Assembly: GCA_964584035.1 (NCBI GenBank)
Contig: CAZOYL010000089.1
Location: 1-11,022 of the forward strand
DNA length: 11,022 nt
DNA from: an uncultured Gemmatimonadota bacterium
GTDB taxonomy: Bacteria > SM23-81
Direction of reading: 5' to 3'
In this document: positions 7,214 through 11,022 of the stretch, one piece after another
Layout of the letters: each line of letters opens with the position of its first letter
Numbering within the stretch: position 1 is the first letter of the stretch
Program-made: the position numbers and the translations under genes
Notes under the pieces: generated by a model
Databases searched by the model: none
What the model was told of the DNA's origin: nothing
The model's input: only the letters and a program-made list of their open reading frames with translations

Positions 7214-8373
7214 GCCAGCAGCCCCCGATATAAAGCGTAGGTCCGCTGCAGCATGGCCTCCACCGTGTATTGCCTGACCGTCTGTCGTCCGCCGTCGATC
7301 AGCCGGCGGCGGAGGACTTCGTCCTCGAACAGCGACACGATCCTGGCTGCCAGCGCCCGGTCATCCCTGGGCTCGACGAGAAATCCGTTGACCCCGTCCC
7401 GGATCAACTCCCGGGTGCCCCCGGTGTCGCCGCCGATCACCGGGACACCGGCGGCCATGGCCTCCAGAAAGACCACCCCGAAAGCCTCGACCAGGGAGGG
7501 CATGACGAAAACGATGGCCCGCCGATAGTGCTCCTGAATCTGATCGTATGACTGCCAGCCCCAGAAGCGGAAACGATGATCGACGCCCTGCCGCCGGCAG
7601 AGCGCCTTCATGGCGTCGAGATTCTGGTTGTCTCCCACGACCGAAAAAACGGTCTCTGGATAGCGTTTCAGCACCTCCCGGGCGGCATGAATCACGGTTG
7701 GCAGGCCCTTGCGCTGTACGTTGCCGCCGATAAACAGGACCTGGCGTCCTTCGGCCCGGTCAGACCCGGCCCCGGAAGCGTGTTGTTCCAGGTCGATACT
7801 CTTGTAGATGACGGGCAGCCGATGTTCGGGGATCCGGTAGGCATCATGGAGCACCGCGGCGGTATGACGGCTGTTACAGATGACGGCGGCCAATTTCTTC
7901 AGTGCTCGCCGCTCCAGAAAACGCACCACCCGGTAATAGATCCAGCGCCGGCGCCAGTCCGCGTAATCGTGTCGAAACGCCCAGGGGGTGCCGGGGGCCG
8001 CGGCGAAGTAATAATCATTCATATTGCCCACCAGCGGAGTCCGGGTCCGGCGGCAAAATAGGGCCTCTCGAGCGTCGGTGAAATGGATCAGATCAAACCG
8101 GTTTTGGGACAGCGCCCGCCGGACGGCGCTGCCGAAACGCCACGAGAGAAGCACCCAGCGGATATGGGAAGATCCCGTCCGGCGACCGGATACCGGCCAC
8201 AGCCGAATCCCGGGCAGATCCGGAACGGTCCGCTCGCGGGGACAGATCAGCGTGACGGCATGACCGTCCTGGAGCAGTTTCCTGGCCACATTCCGGGTAT
8301 AGACCCCGATGCCGCTCCTGACCCGGCCGTATTGCTGAGAGACCAGGCAGATGTGGTACGTTCGCTCGGTCAC
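7210..8373 (-). CDS. Glycosyltransferase family 4 (GT-B), 387 aa
   Basis: N-terminal SGIGVY and GHAVTLI; RKG motif (QRKGLP); PSLVEAFGVVFLEAMAAGVPVIG (EX7E); ELIRDGVNGFLV. The GTG start directly abuts the flippase TAG. Confidence 0.93.
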   Translation of the reverse strand: MTERTYHICLVSQQYGRVRSGIGVYTRNVARKLLQDGHAVTLICPRERTVPDLPGIRLWPVSGRRTGSSHIRWVLLSWRFGSAVRRALSQNRFDLIHFTDAREALFCRRTRTPLVGNMNDYYFAAAPGTPWAFRHDYADWRRRWIYYRVVRFLERRALKKLAAVICNSRHTAAVLHDAYRIPEHRLPVIYKSIDLEQHASGAGSDRAEGRQVLFIGGNVQRKGLPTVIHAAREVLKRYPETVFSVVGDNQNLDAMKALCRRQGVDHRFRFWGWQSYDQIQEHYRRAIVFVMPSLVEAFGVVFLEAMAAGVPVIGGDTGGTRELIRDGVNGFLVEPRDDRALAARIVSLFEDEVLRRRLIDGGRQTVRQYTVEAMLQRTYALYRGLLA

Positions 8374-9837
8374 CTACCAGACCTCTCTGCGGGGCCAGCG
8401 AAGGAAAGAGGGCCACAGGGCCCCGAGGCGATCGAAATCCTCTCGATGCACCTCTTTTAATGCCACCATGCCGGCGATAAAGATGGCGAACAGCACCAGC
8501 CCCTCAAGAATCAGCAGAAATCCATCGAGAGGCACCAGGGCCGACAGGCCGAAGACCAGGCCCGCGGCCGCCACCATCTTAATCAGGGCCCATCCCGGCA
8601 GAAGGACTCCGTATCGCCGCGTGACCACGATGACCAGCGCAAGCGTTCCACCCAGGGTGGTCAGAAGCGTGGCCAGAGCCGCCCCCGTCATCCCCATCCG
8701 GGGAACCAGCAGCCAGTTCAACAGGCCGTCGCCGCAGATAAAGACCAGGCTGAGGCCCAGAGCCGTCAAAGGCCGGCCGGTCACCGAGAGGATCACGGCC
8801 AGATTGTAAAAGCAGGTGAACAGGATCATGCCCCAGATCAACAGGGTCAGGGGCACAACGGCCGGATGGAAATCGGCGCCGAAAAACAGCTTAACCACAG
8901 CCCCGGAGGAGGCGGAAACGATCGCCCCGGCCGGCAGCAGGACCAGAGCCTGCAGCCGCATGGCCTGCCGCACCTGCACCCGGCTGGCCTCGATCTGGCC
9001 GCTGCTGACCGAGTGCGACAGGGCCGGGAACAACGCCGTGGTGAGGCCCAGAAAGAGAAAATACGGCACCCTGGAAATGGTCTGCGCCGAGGTATAAAAA
9101 CCGGCCGCCGCCGGATCATGGACCAGGATCTTCACCGACCAAAGGTCGATGCTCAAGAGCAATTGAGCGCTGAGCAGAAACAGGGTATAGGGTATCCCGA
9201 AGCTGAGCACCCGGCGAACGAGATGCACCTTCTGCGAATCAGGAGCCGGCAGCCGGATAAAGAACAATCCCGTCGCCAGGGCCAGCAGCGAGGCAATGAT
9301 ATTGGCCACCAGGGCGCCCCTGATGGAGTATCCGCCCAGCACCAAAAGAATGGTGGCCAGCACCTTGAAGAGAATCCGGCTGATCGAAACGATGCCCTGA
9401 CGGCCGAAATGCTGCTGTCCGTTGAAGTAGGTCAGGAAAACCGACAACAGGGCGAAACAGGGAATGTCCAGCGCCACCCACCACAGCAGGATGCGGATTG
9501 TCCGATCGCCGAACACCCGCGACAGGGCGGGTGCCAGAGCGATAAAAACGGCCAGCACCAGGGTGGAGAAGATCAGCTGGAGACCGATTCCCTGTAAAAA
9601 TACTGGCCGGGCCAGGGTTTTGCGCTCGCTGATGAGCTTGGAGACGGCCCACGGGACGGCAGAGTTGACCACCACCTCAAACCACAGCAGGATGGACATG
9701 ACCAGGCCATACTGGCCATACCCCTCCGGCCCCAGAGTTCTGCCCAGGAACACGTGTATCAGCACGCTGCCGACTAAAAACAGGGCCTTGGAAAGGACCA
9801 GCAGGACGGTTCCTCTGGCGGTGATCTCCGGAGTCAT
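8374..9837 (-). CDS. wzx: Wzx/MOP-superfamily oligosaccharide flippase, ~487 aa
   Basis: Roughly 12-14 hydrophobic segments; RTLGPEGYGQY, IDLWSV...AAGFYTSAQTI, LFPALS, LNWLLVPRMGMTGAALAT. Start moved from 9951 to ATG 9837 (AGGGGGAG at 9843-9850; avoids overlap with the GT4 ending at 9885). Confidence 0.88.
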   Translation of the reverse strand: MTPEITARGTVLLVLSKALFLVGSVLIHVFLGRTLGPEGYGQYGLVMSILLWFEVVVNSAVPWAVSKLISERKTLARPVFLQGIGLQLIFSTLVLAVFIALAPALSRVFGDRTIRILLWWVALDIPCFALLSVFLTYFNGQQHFGRQGIVSISRILFKVLATILLVLGGYSIRGALVANIIASLLALATGLFFIRLPAPDSQKVHLVRRVLSFGIPYTLFLLSAQLLLSIDLWSVKILVHDPAAAGFYTSAQTISRVPYFLFLGLTTALFPALSHSVSSGQIEASRVQVRQAMRLQALVLLPAGAIVSASSGAVVKLFFGADFHPAVVPLTLLIWGMILFTCFYNLAVILSVTGRPLTALGLSLVFICGDGLLNWLLVPRMGMTGAALATLLTTLGGTLALVIVVTRRYGVLLPGWALIKMVAAAGLVFGLSALVPLDGFLLILEGLVLFAIFIAGMVALKEVHREDFDRLGALWPSFLRWPRREVW

Positions 9838-9842
9838 ATCAT

Positions 9843-9850
9843 CTCCCCCT
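9843..9850 (-). promoter_or_regulatory. Shine-Dalgarno (AGGGGGAG) for the flippase gene
   Basis: AGGGGGAG 5 nt upstream of ATG 9837. Confidence 0.6.
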
Positions 9851-9860
9851 CTGGCGCCCC

Positions 9861-9882
9861 CCGTCCGCGAGCCTTCGGACGG
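9861..9882. other. Intergenic inverted repeat (7-bp stem CCGTCCG/CGGACGG, 8-nt loop)
   Basis: CCGTCCG-CGAGCCTT-CGGACGG lies in the only sizeable intergenic gap (9838-9884). No adjacent U-tract, so it is not called a terminator. Confidence 0.5.
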
Positions 9883-9884
9883 CT

Positions 9885-11022
9885 TCAGCCCTGGCGAAGC
9901 ACCTGCTGGAAAAGGGACCTCAGCTGCCGGCCGAGGACCTCGCTGCGGCATCGTTTCTGGAAAACGGCCAGGCCCCCTGAGGCGATCTCCTCGCGGCGGC
10001 GGGGATCAGTTTTCAGAGAGCGAATGGCCCGCGCCAATTCATCCGGCCGCCCCACCGGAACCAGCACGGCGTCACGGTCCGCGACCATCAACTCCCGGCT
10101 GGCCGGCGTATCGCCGGTGACGACGGCCAGCCCGACGGCCAGGCCCTGGAATACCTTGTTCGGTATCACCCGAGCCGTTTTCCCGCCCCGGCTGAAGATC
10201 CCCAGGCAGACGTGAGCCCGGGCCATCTCCCGGGGCAGTTCCCGATAGGGAATCCAGTCGATGAACTCGATGTTGTCGATCTTCAATCGACGGCACAGGT
10301 CCATGATATCATCATACAATTGCCCGGTGCCGACGATCCGGAAGCGGATCTGGTCATCATCCTGCAACCGGCCGGCGGCCCGGATGATCGTGTCAAGTCC
10401 GTGAAGCGGTATGAATTTCCCCACAAACAGGACTCTGAATGGCAGCTCTTCGGGCCGTTCCCGCCGCGGGGAAAATAACCGCTCATCGGCTGACACGAAA
10501 AGACGTTCAAATCGGCTTCGGTCGATTGAGAATTTGTCTGAAATATAATCAATATGGACGTTCGTGTCCAGAAGTATCCTGTTGGAACGGCGGAACGCTT
10601 GCCGGTCCAATGAAAAAAGCAGCCGGGCGGGAAGGGAACGGGGCGAGAACAACCGGCGATCGTCGATCAGGGTATCATACAGAGAAACCAGAGGATTGAA
10701 AATAAGCCTGTCAGGTCCCCGAAGGGTCATCAAGAGTCGGGCCAGAAGCACGTCCAGTTGACCGATGTAGCCCACCACCACCAGATCGACGGTTCCGGCC
10801 AGCCGGACGAACCTTACGGCTAATCTCAGATAACCAAACAGGATGCGCCCGGCCAGGGAGAGCAGTGAGGCGGGGTGGAAAAAACGGCCCGTCTTGTGAC
10901 GGGTCAGCTCCCAGACCGGAACATGACACTCCACCACCTCCACTCCGGCCGCCCTTAATGCATCGATAACGACCCGATTTCTGGGATACTCCCGCTCATA
11001 TGTCCCGAAGTAGCAGATCTTC
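9885..11022 (-). CDS. Glycosyltransferase family 4 (GT-B); start codon probably cut by the window edge (~379 aa)
   Basis: The frame stays open upstream of the track's 10943 start to the edge: (..G) KICYFGTYEREYPRNRVVIDALRAAGVEVVECH. The last base fits the G of an ATG/GTG at 11024. C-terminal domain: VLFVGKFIPLHG, IVGTG, WIPYREL, VCLGIF, VIPNKVFQGLAVG, VVTGDT. Confidence 0.9.
   Translation of the reverse strand, partial: KICYFGTYEREYPRNRVVIDALRAAGVEVVECHVPVWELTRHKTGRFFHPASLLSLAGRILFGYLRLAVRFVRLAGTVDLVVVGYIGQLDVLLARLLMTLRGPDRLIFNPLVSLYDTLIDDRRLFSPRSLPARLLFSLDRQAFRRSNRILLDTNVHIDYISDKFSIDRSRFERLFVSADERLFSPRRERPEELPFRVLFVGKFIPLHGLDTIIRAAGRLQDDDQIRFRIVGTGQLYDDIMDLCRRLKIDNIEFIDWIPYRELPREMARAHVCLGIFSRGGKTARVIPNKVFQGLAVGLAVVTGDTPASRELMVADRDAVLVPVGRPDELARAIRSLKTDPRRREEIASGGLAVFQKRCRSEVLGRQLRSLFQQVLRQG

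Noticed and set aside
9861..9882. Hairpin as an intrinsic terminator
   Set aside because: No poly-U tract follows on either strand, and it lies inside an apparent operon.
9838..9951. 38-aa N-terminal extension of the flippase
   Set aside because: Overlaps the GT4 3' end and is Pro/Gly-rich; ATG 9837 has a good SD.
491..10761. Many plus-strand ORFs (e.g. 651-1097, 2166-2690, 4225-4869, 5401-5961, 8866-9597, 9464-10120)
   Set aside because: All are antisense to well-supported minus-strand genes and have no recognisable motifs; such shadows are expected in GC-rich DNA.
1..11022. CRISPR arrays, tRNA/rRNA genes, IS elements, defence or phage genes
   Set aside because: No repeat-spacer pattern, RNA-gene signature or transposase/integrase motif was seen, and the coding density leaves no room for them.

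Overview
The window is almost entirely one tightly packed minus-strand cell-envelope glycosylation operon, truncated at both edges. In transcription order it encodes: a GT4 glycosyltransferase (start just outside the window), a Wzx-type polysaccharide flippase, a second GT4, a Zn-ribbon class I SAM methyltransferase, a ~798-aa YfhO-family (GT-C) membrane protein, RmlD, a Ppm1/DPM1-like polyprenol-phosphate glycosyltransferase, and a >=758-aa fusion protein. The ORF track missed this last gene because its stop lies outside the window. It has a WbbL-like GT2 domain, a membrane bundle, a Rossmann-like domain and a WcaJ/WbaP-type phosphoglycosyltransferase domain whose catalytic motifs look degenerate (SLDELP->SLDRWP, GPRP->GPQP, KFRSM absent). 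By inference the locus builds a lipid-linked, methylated, rhamnose-containing glycan and transfers it with a GT-C enzyme, possibly onto proteins, in an FCB-group-like bacterium. I saw no RNA genes, mobile elements or CRISPR arrays. All family calls come from motif recognition by eye, without database searches.
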